A stretch of DNA of 64,000 nt from the NCBI GenBank assembly GCA_050260015.1, contig JBLNBN010000022.1, forward strand, positions 23,290-87,289, read 5' to 3'. The notes under the pieces were generated by a model. The model did no database searches, had not been told where the DNA came from, and saw nothing but the letters and a program-made list of their open reading frames with translations. Of this stretch, positions 34,285-43,359 are shown piece after piece. The DNA comes from Chloroflexota bacterium. Its GTDB lineage: Bacteria; Bacteroidota; Ignavibacteria; Kapaibacteriales; UBA2268. Position numbers and translations under genes: made by a program. Position 1 is the stretch's first letter; each line of letters opens with the position of its first letter.

Positions 34285-34299
34285 GCAAAAAGAGCGCCA
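34285..34299 (-). promoter_or_regulatory. Sigma-54 type promoter upstream of flgB
   Basis: The minus strand reads TGGCGCTCTTTTTGC, a close match to TGGCAC-N5-TTGC with exact GG/GC spacing. The -12 element lies ~36 nt upstream of the flgB ATG. Confidence 0.6.
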
Positions 34300-34423
34300 T
34301 TTGCGCCCCCAAAAATGATAAGAAATTAAGTCTTTTGATGTATAACGGATTTAAGTAAAATTTCGTAGATGAAACTTTAATAATTTTTTGGCTAATATTG
34401 GCTATTGCATTAATAAAGCCAGG

Positions 34424-35164
34424 CTACTCGCCGTATGCTGTTAAAAATTCTTCAACCGGCATAAGTTTAAGCTCCCCGCCGTCGAACGTAGCGCAATGCG
34501 GGCTGCGCAGCCACTCGCCCAGGTTGCAGTACCAGCCGCCGGCGATCGGCTCGAGCTTTGCGACGTGCCTGTGCCCCATTACGACGTAGTCGAAGCCTTC
34601 GCGCAATTTTCGCTCCGCGAAGTCCCGCTGCCCGTCGCGCGAGCCGAAGTCCCGGGCGTCCGTGTAATTGCGGCTTTTCTTCGAGCTAGTTCGCGCCATA
34701 TTAATAGCCCAGTCCGGGTGGAGCTTGCGGTAGAGGAATTGATTGAGCCGGCTGCGGAGGATTTTCTTGAGTATCTTATACCCGAGGTCGTTGTAGGCCT
34801 TCCCGTCGCCGTGCGAGATATAGAACTTTTTACCATCGAGCGTTATCTCCAAATCCCCGGGCAAGGGATCTATCCCCAATTCTTTCGAGAAGAAGTCGTA
34901 ATGCCCGAAGTCGTGGTTCCCGATCAGGTAATAAATGTTAACGCCGCGCCCGCGCAGTTCCGATAAAGCGGCGAGCGTGCGATAAAATTCCCGCGGGACG
35001 ACGCTTTTATAATCGAACCAGAAATCGAACAGGTCGCCCACGATGAAAACTTCCGTCGCGCGCCGGCCGGCCGCGCGCAATACGTCGAGCAGCAAATCCT
35101 CGCGCCGGCGGTCGCGGTCGCGCTCAAAAAAACCGAGATGAGAGTCCGATAAAAATAATCGCAT
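34424..35164 (-). CDS. lpxH: UDP-2,3-diacylglucosamine diphosphatase (LpxH-type metallophosphoesterase)
   Basis: Motifs FLSDSHLG, FIVGDLFDFWFDY, GNHDF, SHGDG and MGHRH, in the order seen in E. coli LpxH. Confidence 0.75.
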   Translation of the reverse strand: MRLFLSDSHLGFFERDRDRRREDLLLDVLRAAGRRATEVFIVGDLFDFWFDYKSVVPREFYRTLAALSELRGRGVNIYYLIGNHDFGHYDFFSKELGIDPLPGDLEITLDGKKFYISHGDGKAYNDLGYKILKKILRSRLNQFLYRKLHPDWAINMARTSSKKSRNYTDARDFGSRDGQRDFAERKLREGFDYVVMGHRHVAKLEPIAGGWYCNLGEWLRSPHCATFDGGELKLMPVEEFLTAYGE

Positions 35165-35316
35165 CGCTTTGACTGAGTGAATTACGTATTAGATTGCAAA
35201 GATAAGCAATTCCCCGGCGTGAAGAAAAAGGCGATTTTGCCTTTTATGCTATTTTTAAGCAATTCATTTAAAGATAATCCGTTTTAAATAATGTTATTAT
35301 GCATATGGCGTCGAAT

Positions 35317-35985
35317 ATGAAAAATATCTTTCCCTTTTTTATTCTTATAGTCTTAACGGGTTGTATAAACTTAAAAGACGAGTACCCGGAAATAACGTAC
35401 TATACGCTAAAGCAGGAGCCTAACACGCTGCAGTTTGGCGACACGCTCAACTATTGCCTCCAGATCCGCGACTTTACTATAAGCGACGCATACTCGAGCG
35501 AGCATATTTTCGCAAATTTGGACAAGGGCATCGTCGACCGATACTACTATCACCGTTGGCAGACGGACTTCAACGACATGGCGACGGACTTCCTGACGCT
35601 GCGGTTCAACACGGTGAACCTCTTCCGATTGGGAGTCGTCAGTTCAGGCTCGCTTGCGATGCCGGACTATATCCTGGAAGGACAAATACTCGAGATATTC
35701 GCCAAAACGAGCGACAGCAAGGAAACGGGCGCCAATTACGTTAATTTAATAATTAAGATAAACCTGCTCGAGCGCACGACGACTACCGCCGATCTCCCAA
35801 TCGCGCTGACGAAGGTTTACGAGCAAAAAATTCAGCGCCAATCGAATTCCATAGCTTCCATACCGGAAGCCTACGGGAAGGCTCTCTCCTTTATTGCCGA
35901 CCGAATGCTGGCCGACATATACGCCGCGATCGACAAATCCCGGATTGAGAAACAAAGCGCGCTCGCCCCGACGGAGAACAGATGA
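35317..35985 (+). CDS. Lipoprotein, possibly ABC-transport auxiliary component (PqiC/DUF330-like)
   Basis: The internal ATG gives MKNIFPFFILIVLTGC (lipobox). The family call rests on size and pattern only. Confidence 0.4.
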   Translation: MKNIFPFFILIVLTGCINLKDEYPEITYYTLKQEPNTLQFGDTLNYCLQIRDFTISDAYSSEHIFANLDKGIVDRYYYHRWQTDFNDMATDFLTLRFNTVNLFRLGVVSSGSLAMPDYILEGQILEIFAKTSDSKETGANYVNLIIKINLLERTTTTADLPIALTKVYEQKIQRQSNSIASIPEAYGKALSFIADRMLADIYAAIDKSRIEKQSALAPTENR

Positions 35986-36740
35986 CGAAGATAATCAAGC
36001 TCGTCGAAACGAGCTCGACCAACGACGTCGCGCGGGAAGCTCTCCGGGAGAGCGGCGCCGACAGGGTCGCCGTCATAGCAGGTTTCCAGACGGCGGGACG
36101 CGGGCGGAACAAGAACGTATGGCTGGGCGCGCCGGGACAAAACGTTTACTTTTCCTATGGCATTAAGTGGGGAACGCCGCCGCCGGAACTGGAGCGGCTC
36201 GTTTCGCTGCAGGGAGCGGCTTGCCTGGCCGTCAAGGCCGCGCTGTCCCGGTTCGCGCCGGAAGCCTTTTTCCGTATTAAATATCCGAACGACGCTTACG
36301 CTCTATCGCCCGACGGGAAGGCCCGCAAGATAAGCGGCTCGCTTGTCGAGCATAGCTTTTTGGGCGAGGGTTGCGAAAACAGCATAATAGGAATAGGCAT
36401 AAACGTCGCCCAAACGGAATTCCCGGTTGAAATCGACGCCGCTTCGCTTGCGACGCTCGGCGCGCGCGCAATCCCGGCGGACGTTGCGCAAGCTCTGCTC
36501 GAAGAGCTGGAGCTCGCGCTCGGGGCCGGGGCCGGGGAGATTATGAACCGGTGGCGCAGGGAGCTCGCGCTCGACGGAAAGCTGATCGCAATATTAGCTT
36601 CCGGCGAAAAGGCGCTAGCGGAAGAGATCATGCCGGACGGCAGGCTTCGGGCGGTCGCAATTGGCTCGGGCAGGGAGATTTTTATCGACAACGGCGACTC
36701 CGTCCGTTACGATATGTTCGCGGAAGGCGCCGCTCAATGA
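35982..36740 (+). CDS. birA: Biotin--[acetyl-CoA-carboxylase] ligase, class I (no HTH)
   Basis: ETSSTNDVARE...AGFQTAGRGRNKNVW. ATGA overlap with the preceding gene. Confidence 0.85.
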   Translation: MTKIIKLVETSSTNDVAREALRESGADRVAVIAGFQTAGRGRNKNVWLGAPGQNVYFSYGIKWGTPPPELERLVSLQGAACLAVKAALSRFAPEAFFRIKYPNDAYALSPDGKARKISGSLVEHSFLGEGCENSIIGIGINVAQTEFPVEIDAASLATLGARAIPADVAQALLEELELALGAGAGEIMNRWRRELALDGKLIAILASGEKALAEEIMPDGRLRAVAIGSGREIFIDNGDSVRYDMFAEGAAQ

Positions 36741-37477
36741 TCGCAGCCATAGACATAGGCAACTCCCGTACTAAAATCAAGATCGGAGGCAAGCTGCTTT
36801 GCCTGCGCTACGTGGAGGCGGACTGGCGTCGCCGCGCCGCTCAATTCCTGCAGGAGGCGGACTACGCGGCCATCTCCGAGGTAAACGCCTGGGCGGCGGA
36901 GGAAACTCTTCAACTCCTGCCGGGCGGCGCGAAGCCGCTTTACGCCAGGGAGCTGATCGCCTCGCAAAAGACGATTGATTTTTCCCGGATAAAGGGAATG
37001 GGCGCGGACCGCGCATTAGGTTTATTAGGGGCCGTCGCGGAATTTGAACCGCCCTTGATAACGATTGATTGCGGCACCGCGCTGACCATAAACGCGCTGG
37101 ATTCCGATAGAATTTGCCGCGGCGGCGCCATACTCCCGGGCGCGTTCACGCAGTCGCGCTCCCTGGCCGACTACACTTCCAAGCTTCCGCTCGCAAGGCT
37201 GGAGTCCACCCGCAATCCAATCGGAGAAGAAACGCTCGAGGCGATAAAATCAGGAATTATGCATGGATTAGTCGGGGCCATTGAAAATATCTCGAAGGAG
37301 ATAGAGCGGGACATATTTAAACGTCCGGCTAAAAGAATAATCACCGGCGGATGGTCGCGGCTAGCGATAGAGTCCGGCGCCGCCGGGCTTGAAACAAGGC
37401 CGACCCTCGTTTGCGACGGGTTGCTCGCTTGCGCGCGCGAATTTATAAATGGCGGGAAATATGCTTCCGGCGCATAA
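36737..37477 (+). CDS. coaX: Type III pantothenate kinase
   Basis: MIAAIDIGNSRTKI, GADR and IDCGTALTINALD. The ATG at 36737 overlaps the birA stop (ATGA), and the longer ORF-track start is an out-of-context Arg-rich extension. Confidence 0.88.
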   Translation: MIAAIDIGNSRTKIKIGGKLLCLRYVEADWRRRAAQFLQEADYAAISEVNAWAAEETLQLLPGGAKPLYARELIASQKTIDFSRIKGMGADRALGLLGAVAEFEPPLITIDCGTALTINALDSDRICRGGAILPGAFTQSRSLADYTSKLPLARLESTRNPIGEETLEAIKSGIMHGLVGAIENISKEIERDIFKRPAKRIITGGWSRLAIESGAAGLETRPTLVCDGLLACAREFINGGKYASGA

Positions 37478-38531
37478 AGTCGATTAATTCCTTTACGTCG
37501 TTGCTCTGGCCGCGCTTGCAGATCAGGAGCGCCTCGTCGCTGTCCACCACTATAACGTCCTCCATCCCGATTATTCCTATCAATTTGCCCCCCGCTATGA
37601 TAAGGCTTCTCGAAGTATCGACCGTTATAACCTCGCCCTCGATTACGTTGAACCGCGCGTCCTTCCTCGAGAGCATATAGAGCTCGTCCCAGGTGGCGAG
37701 ATCGCTCCAGAAGAAAGTCGCGAGCACGCAGTAGACGTTGTTCGCCTTTTCAAGTATTCCGTAGTCGAGCGATATCGAGTTGATTTGCCTGTAGATGTTA
37801 GCCGCTTCCTCGCTAAATTCCTCGGGCCTTAAGTTGTTCTCCAACTTTTTAAACAGGTCGGAGTGATCGGGCATATGCTTGTCGAGCGCCGCGAGGAATG
37901 CGTCGAGCCGCGCGACGAAGATGCCGCTGTTCCAAAGGAAATCGCCCGATTCGACGAAGCGCCTGGCAGTTCCCTTGTCGGGCTTTTCGGCGAACGTGGA
38001 GCACTTCCGAACGCCCTGCGCGAAGAGATCGCCGGCGCCGTTGGGTTCGTCCTGCACCTGTATATATCCGAAGTGAGTTTCCGCGCGGGTGGGCTCCACC
38101 CCGATCGTGACGATAGCGCCTAGCGTGTAGGCGGCTTTGCACGCAAGGTCGAGACTGCTGTAAAATTCGCCAAGATTAAATATAACCTGGTCCGCCGGGA
38201 AGGCCATGATCACAATATCCTGCGAATAGCGCTTGCGGAGAGTAAAGCTGGTAAGTGTGACGCAGGCGGCGGTGTTTCGCGCGAACGGCTCGAAGATAAA
38301 ATTTTCCGGTTTGGCGTCGGGCAATTGCTCCCTAACGGAATTTCGCCAGATTTCGCTCGTTACGACGAAGATATCCTCCAGTGGGAAGTAGTTCTTAAGC
38401 CGATCGAACGTATTCTGGATCATAGTCCCGTCGCCGAGAAAATACCCGAATTGTTTTGGCGATTGTTCAGTCGAGCGGGGCCAGAATTTATTTCCTAAAC
38501 CGCCCGCCATTATTATAGCAATTTTTTTCAT
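37443..38531 (-). CDS. Mannose-1-phosphate guanylyltransferase-like sugar nucleotidyltransferase
   Basis: MKKIAIIMAGGLGNKFWPRST...PKQF, FPADQV and SIDYGILEK. Confidence 0.8.
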   Translation of the reverse strand: MKKIAIIMAGGLGNKFWPRSTEQSPKQFGYFLGDGTMIQNTFDRLKNYFPLEDIFVVTSEIWRNSVREQLPDAKPENFIFEPFARNTAACVTLTSFTLRKRYSQDIVIMAFPADQVIFNLGEFYSSLDLACKAAYTLGAIVTIGVEPTRAETHFGYIQVQDEPNGAGDLFAQGVRKCSTFAEKPDKGTARRFVESGDFLWNSGIFVARLDAFLAALDKHMPDHSDLFKKLENNLRPEEFSEEAANIYRQINSISLDYGILEKANNVYCVLATFFWSDLATWDELYMLSRKDARFNVIEGEVITVDTSRSLIIAGGKLIGIIGMEDVIVVDSDEALLICKRGQSNDVKELIDFMRRKHISRHL

Positions 38532-38658
38532 CCTGCTGCAATTTCATTATGCCGCTTCTTTTTTAAAAGTTCCCGGCTCTTCAATAAATACGAATACAAA
38601 ATTACAAATAATCGATTAATGCGGCGGCAGAATATTCCTTAAATAATAACTACGGGGG

Positions 38659-39873
38659 CTACATTACCGTTTCACAACGAACGTATATTTTGCCAATTAT
38701 CGGGTCGGACTTGGAAATATTTATTATTTTCTCAATTATTTCCTCGCGGAGCACCGCCCCGGCGCCGACGAGCTTAAGGCCGGAATTGGTCATGATATTG
38801 CGCGTTAAAGTCATCCCGTCGCGAATTTCCCTAAGCTTGATAGGCTCTTCCTTCCCGCGCTTGCCCATTAATTCGGCGGACTGCTTCCAGGCCGAATATT
38901 GGTCTAAGTAGGCGACGACGCGCGGATCGTACAGCCTTTTTGATTCGTGGTAGAGCAGCTCGATGACTTTGCCGTCGTTTTGATACTTTGCGAAAAGGTC
39001 TTCGTAATCCATCGCGACCCGAAGTATGCGCGAGCTTAGAGGGATTTCCCAGGATTGCAGGCCGTCGGGTATACCCGTCCCGTCGAAGTTTTCATAAATA
39101 TGCTCAAGCGTGTTGCAAATTTTTTCAAAGGCCTCTATGCCGCCAAGCAACTGGCGCGTATAGGCGGGGACGCCCCGCATATGCTCGTTGGAGATCATGC
39201 CGCTCGAGAAGACCGGCTTATAGATCAAGCTGTCGCTTAGGAAGAGCCTGCCGCAGTAGCAGATGGGCCCGGCTTCCTCGACGTCCTGCGCTTCGTGCTC
39301 GCCGTCGCTGATTATCTTGGCGATCCAGCTTGAGACTTCCGTAATTCGGCGCAACCTGGGAATAAAATCCGGGATCTTGGAGTTCTGATAGAGTTCTATT
39401 AATTGCTTTACCTGGGCGTAATTCGCTTTCACCTGCTTATTAAGCGAATCAATTTCGGCCAGCAGGCTCTTTTCTTTGTATTGCTGGGAAACGACGCGCG
39501 TCGCGGCGCGAAGCTTAGTGATAATATTCTCAACGGAAAAAGGCTTGCCAAGCACGTCGTCAGCCCCGGCCTGCAGCGCTTTCAGGGCTGTGTCGGAATC
39601 TTTAATCGGCGCAAGCAACAGGACGTAATTATTCCTCAGATTCTCTTTTTGCCTGATGATCCTAAGCAGGGCAAGCCCGCTTACCTGCTCGGTATTTAAA
39701 TCGGCAAGCACAATCGAGGGGCGTTCCACGTCTTCCACGGCCCTCAGTCCTTGCTTGCCGTCAAAGATAGGCTCGACGCTCGCCCCGGGGTAGAGCTTTC
39801 GAACTATTCGCTCGAGCGAGGCGACGGATTGCTCGTCGCTATCTATTATAAAAATGGGAATTGCTACTTCCAT
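38659..39873 (-). CDS. Response regulator: receiver domain fused to a degenerate HD-GYP-like domain
   Basis: The receiver has IIDSDE..VLADLN..GKPF. The C-terminal domain has HIYENFDGTGIPDGL (GYP replaced by GIP), and no clear HD dyad is seen. Confidence 0.7.
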   Translation of the reverse strand: MEVAIPIFIIDSDEQSVASLERIVRKLYPGASVEPIFDGKQGLRAVEDVERPSIVLADLNTEQVSGLALLRIIRQKENLRNNYVLLLAPIKDSDTALKALQAGADDVLGKPFSVENIITKLRAATRVVSQQYKEKSLLAEIDSLNKQVKANYAQVKQLIELYQNSKIPDFIPRLRRITEVSSWIAKIISDGEHEAQDVEEAGPICYCGRLFLSDSLIYKPVFSSGMISNEHMRGVPAYTRQLLGGIEAFEKICNTLEHIYENFDGTGIPDGLQSWEIPLSSRILRVAMDYEDLFAKYQNDGKVIELLYHESKRLYDPRVVAYLDQYSAWKQSAELMGKRGKEEPIKLREIRDGMTLTRNIMTNSGLKLVGAGAVLREEIIEKIINISKSDPIIGKIYVRCETVM

Positions 39874-39931
39874 ACCGCGTCCTATTAGTCAATAGCACAC
39901 CTACAAATATCGTGCCTGTTTTCCCTATTAG

Positions 39932-42574
39932 TTAACGTAACTTCAGTAACTCGTTAAATACCTTTTCGGGGGAAAAGGGTTTGATTAAGAAACCGTTTAA
40001 ATTATTCGATACGTAAAGGGACGATTTTTCAGGGACATAGAGCGAGCTGTAAGCGATTATCTTAGTGGATCGCGTCGCGTTCAGCCGCAGAGTTTCCGCC
40101 AATTCGGATATGCGCGGGCTGCGCGGATCGAGCGCGCTAACGAAGACGAGCTCCGGCGCGTAATCGGCGAGCGCTCTAAGAGCTTCCTCCTCGGTATGCA
40201 CCGTCATGCATTTAAGGTCCAGCATGCTTAGCGAAGCGATCAAGTCGTTGGGAGTTTGGAAGTTATCGTCGATTATTAAAACCGCCCCGCTTTCCGTCTT
40301 CACCGGGCAGGTCAGCGGCCGGCGGTGCAAAGACTCCTCCTTCAATGGAATTATAACGGATATCTTCGTGCCGGTCGGGTATATTCTCTCGACTTTAATC
40401 CCCCCGTAGTGCAGGTCGACCAGCTTAAGCGCGAGCGCCAGCCCTATGCCGGAGCCTTCGAAGTTCCGGGCCAACCCGGATTCGCTCTGTGAAAACGGTT
40501 GGAAGAGGTCGTATATCTTGTCGAGATCGATCCCGACCCCGCTGTCCCATACGACGAAGTTGATCTCCTGCGCGTCGGAGTTGTACCATACTTCTATCCC
40601 GATCTCCCCGCCGGACGGCGTGAACTTAATCGCATTGTCCAAAAGGGTGATAAGTATCTGCCTGAACTTGTCCCTGTCCACGTTGACGGCGAGCGTCAGG
40701 CCGTTGGAGTTGAAGTGCGTCGTGATCTTCTTTTTCGCTGCGGCTGCGGCGGCTGTTTGCAGGGCGGAGCGCGCTATCATATCCGCGGAAATTTTTCTCG
40801 GGTTGTATTCGATATAGCCCGAATCGATCTTGGAATAGTCGAGCATCGAGGTGATCATTTCCAAAAGCTTTTGCCCGTTGTCGAATATTGTCATCAGCGC
40901 GTCGCTCTGCTTTTCGTTGAGCGAATTTTTCAATTGCTTAATAAGCGATTCGCTAAGGCCAATAACGGCGCTTAACGGGGTACGAAGCTCGTGCGAAACG
41001 GTGGCCAATATATCGCTGCGAACGCGGCTTGCGCGCCGGAGCTCGGCGTTTAGCGCGGCAAGCTCCGAATCGCTTCGCATGATTCGCTCGCCGAGAAGCA
41101 TTCGCTCGGTAAGCAGCTTTTTTTCCGTCTCCTTTAGGTTGCTCAGATCGATAGCGAAAATTAACGCCGAGGGCAGCTCGCCCGCGCCGTTCTCGATCGG
41201 GAGTATCATAAGGTAAGCCGGGAACGCGGAGCCGTCCGCCTTCTTTATATCGCACTCGAGCGAGAGCTCGCCGTGAGAGCCTTCGATTGAATCCAGCGCC
41301 ATATAAACTTTTCTGGCGCAGTCCTGTTCGAAAAGAATCGAAACGTCCCTGCGCAGCGCGTCGATTTTAGATAAATCAGTAAAGCGTTCCGCGCCGGGGC
41401 TAAACTCCGCGATCAAATACCGATCGTCGCGCTTTTCTACGATAACGATGATAATCTGGCTGGCCGCCCGGAATATCGCTTCCATTATTGATTTCGAATA
41501 TGCCAGGGCTTCCTTGGCAAGCTTTTGCTCGTGGATGTCGAGAGTGATACCGTCGACCCTTAGCGTGCCTTCCTCGTCGAGCCAATACATAGCAAGCTGG
41601 TGCGCCCAGCGCACGCGGCCGTCCCGCGTCTTTATCCTCGTCTCCCAATCCCTGAACTTTTTGTATGGCTCCTTCGAGAGCATTTCCTTTATTTTCTCTT
41701 CTGCATCCTCATCGTCCGGGGCGCTGATAAGAGTGAGCCCGCTGTAGAAATCGTTGTAAAAAAAGGAGGGCGGGTAGCCTGTGACGGCTTCGACCGAATC
41801 GGAGAAAAATACCGTCAGGACTTCCCCGGAACGCCCTATGGTAAAGCTCCAGATGTACCCGTTGAGGGAATCTATTATCCTGGTTATCTGCCCGGAGGTG
41901 AGGCGCAATTCGCGGGCGCTCTCCTCGAATTCGCTTATTTGCCGGATCATTTCCCGGGTGCGCGCGGCAATGCTCTCCTCGAGCGTTTGCGAAAGCCTGA
42001 GTATTTCCCTCTCGCTCTCAATTTTGTACGTTACGTCCTGTATGGCGGTATGCAGCAGCTTCTCCTGCGTCTCTTCGTCTACGAAGGGGACGCTCGTAAT
42101 TTCGAGATATACGGTTTTAGAGAAGCCGGACCGGGCTTTAATTACAGTCGTAGACTTAAAATTTGTCTCGTAGCTCCTCGTAAGGTGATACTCGAACGAA
42201 TCGAGCGAGTCTGGGGAGACAAAATCTGCAAGCAATCTATCGAGCAGCTCTTCCTTCGGCTCGCCGAGTATGGTCGTCGTCGTGCTGTTGACGTTCAGTA
42301 TGCGGGAATCTCTATTGAGCGTAAGGAAACCGACGGGGGCGAGTTCATAAAGAAAGGCGTGCTTACGTCTCGAGCGTTCAAGCTCCGACTGCGCGTTAAT
42401 CGCCTCCTCGTTGCGCCTGTCCAACTCTTCCTGGTAGGAAGCAAGTTCCGCCAGGACGGAGTTTAACTCCTCTTTTATGGGATTATGACCGTTGTCCCCT
42501 CTGGATTCAGCGAGCTTTTCCGCCCGTTCTATCAGATTTTTGAATTTCTCGTTCAATACTATCCCGTTAAACAA
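39932..42574 (-). CDS. Multi-PAS hybrid sensor histidine kinase with a C-terminal pseudo-receiver
   Basis: Coiled coil, PAS units, TVSHELRTPLSAVIG (H-box), DNAIKFT and GSGIGLALA. The terminal receiver-like domain reads ELVFVSALDP where the phospho-Asp is expected. Confidence 0.85.
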   Translation of the reverse strand: MFNGIVLNEKFKNLIERAEKLAESRGDNGHNPIKEELNSVLAELASYQEELDRRNEEAINAQSELERSRRKHAFLYELAPVGFLTLNRDSRILNVNSTTTTILGEPKEELLDRLLADFVSPDSLDSFEYHLTRSYETNFKSTTVIKARSGFSKTVYLEITSVPFVDEETQEKLLHTAIQDVTYKIESEREILRLSQTLEESIAARTREMIRQISEFEESARELRLTSGQITRIIDSLNGYIWSFTIGRSGEVLTVFFSDSVEAVTGYPPSFFYNDFYSGLTLISAPDDEDAEEKIKEMLSKEPYKKFRDWETRIKTRDGRVRWAHQLAMYWLDEEGTLRVDGITLDIHEQKLAKEALAYSKSIMEAIFRAASQIIIVIVEKRDDRYLIAEFSPGAERFTDLSKIDALRRDVSILFEQDCARKVYMALDSIEGSHGELSLECDIKKADGSAFPAYLMILPIENGAGELPSALIFAIDLSNLKETEKKLLTERMLLGERIMRSDSELAALNAELRRASRVRSDILATVSHELRTPLSAVIGLSESLIKQLKNSLNEKQSDALMTIFDNGQKLLEMITSMLDYSKIDSGYIEYNPRKISADMIARSALQTAAAAAAKKKITTHFNSNGLTLAVNVDRDKFRQILITLLDNAIKFTPSGGEIGIEVWYNSDAQEINFVVWDSGVGIDLDKIYDLFQPFSQSESGLARNFEGSGIGLALALKLVDLHYGGIKVERIYPTGTKISVIIPLKEESLHRRPLTCPVKTESGAVLIIDDNFQTPNDLIASLSMLDLKCMTVHTEEEALRALADYAPELVFVSALDPRSPRISELAETLRLNATRSTKIIAYSSLYVPEKSSLYVSNNLNGFLIKPFSPEKVFNELLKLR

Positions 42575-42835
42575 AAATGAAAATATAGCTCTTTCCCCAT
42601 AAAAAAGGGTATCGGCAAATATTATTTATTATTTAACATATACCGATGTTCGAATATAAATAAATTTTAATCTAAATGAAAATTAAAATTTATTTCGGGC
42701 ATAATAATTTTTTTTGAGATTAAACGTAAAAGCAAGAAATTGACATTCCAATGTTGATTTACCAAAAAAATAAAAACTACGATAGTCGTTTATACGTTAA
42801 GTTTTTAGCAGTTTAACAATAAATCAGAGGAAGTT

Positions 42836-43180
42836 ATGACACTTAAAAATGAACTCGCTCATATCGGTTCGCCGGAGTGCTCGCTTGCGGCGCTCGGATT
42901 CCCGAAGGAAGCTTTTGACATCCTGCCCTTCTTTGCCTTCGGCGAAGGAATTGCATTGGACTACATCGCTATCCGCAGCCAGAAGGAAGACGAATTCGAA
43001 GAAGATTTCGACGACGATCTCGACGACGATGAAGAGTTTGACGACGACGAAGAATACCTGGACGATGAAGAGTTTGAGTTGGACGACGAAGAATTGGAAT
43101 ATGACGAACCCATAGAAGAAGAATTCGAAATCGACGACGACGAAGAGGAACTCGAGGACGAAGAGGACGAGACCCCGTAA
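42836..43180 (+). CDS. Small, extremely acidic protein: ~48-aa N-domain plus ~65-aa D/E tail
   Basis: MTLKNELAHIGSPECSLAALGFPKEAFDILPFFAFGEGIALDYIAIRSQKEDEFEEDFDDDLDDDEEFDDDEEYLDDEEFELDDEE.... AGAGGAAG RBS, with a hairpin plus T-run downstream. Confidence 0.6.
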   Translation: MTLKNELAHIGSPECSLAALGFPKEAFDILPFFAFGEGIALDYIAIRSQKEDEFEEDFDDDLDDDEEFDDDEEYLDDEEFELDDEELEYDEPIEEEFEIDDDEEELEDEEDETP

Positions 43181-43200
43181 TTAATTCCTTTAATATTTAT

Positions 43201-43252
43201 TAAACGCCCTGCGTGCGGCCGCTATTACGCGCCCCTTGCAAGGCGTTTTTGA
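43201..43252 (+). terminator. Probable terminator after the acidic-protein gene
   Basis: Stem aacgcc(c)tgc ... gca(a)ggcgtt with a long loop, followed by ttttt. Confidence 0.45.
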
Positions 43253-43359
43253 TATGACTAAAATAGTTTTATCGGGAATAAAATATTTTTTCAATTTTAG
43301 AAATTATTAAGTTAAATTGCGCTATCGGTATTAATAAATTTTTGAAAGTCGAGGAGAGC

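Noticed and set aside
36551-36736. 62-aa N-terminal extension of coaX suggested by the longest ORF
   Set aside because: The extension overlaps birA out of frame and is Arg-rich. The conserved CoaX N-terminus MIAAIDIGNS starts at the ATG at 36737, which overlaps the birA stop.
41600-42466. 288-aa plus-strand ORF
   Set aside because: It is antisense to the histidine kinase gene, whose PAS, HisKA and HATPase motifs are unambiguous. The product has no recognisable features.
42849-43115. An 88-aa alternative-frame ORF within the acidic-protein gene
   Set aside because: It has no RBS and is a low-complexity Thr/Lys/Ser reading of the GA-rich repeat. The 114-aa frame has an RBS and a structured N-domain.
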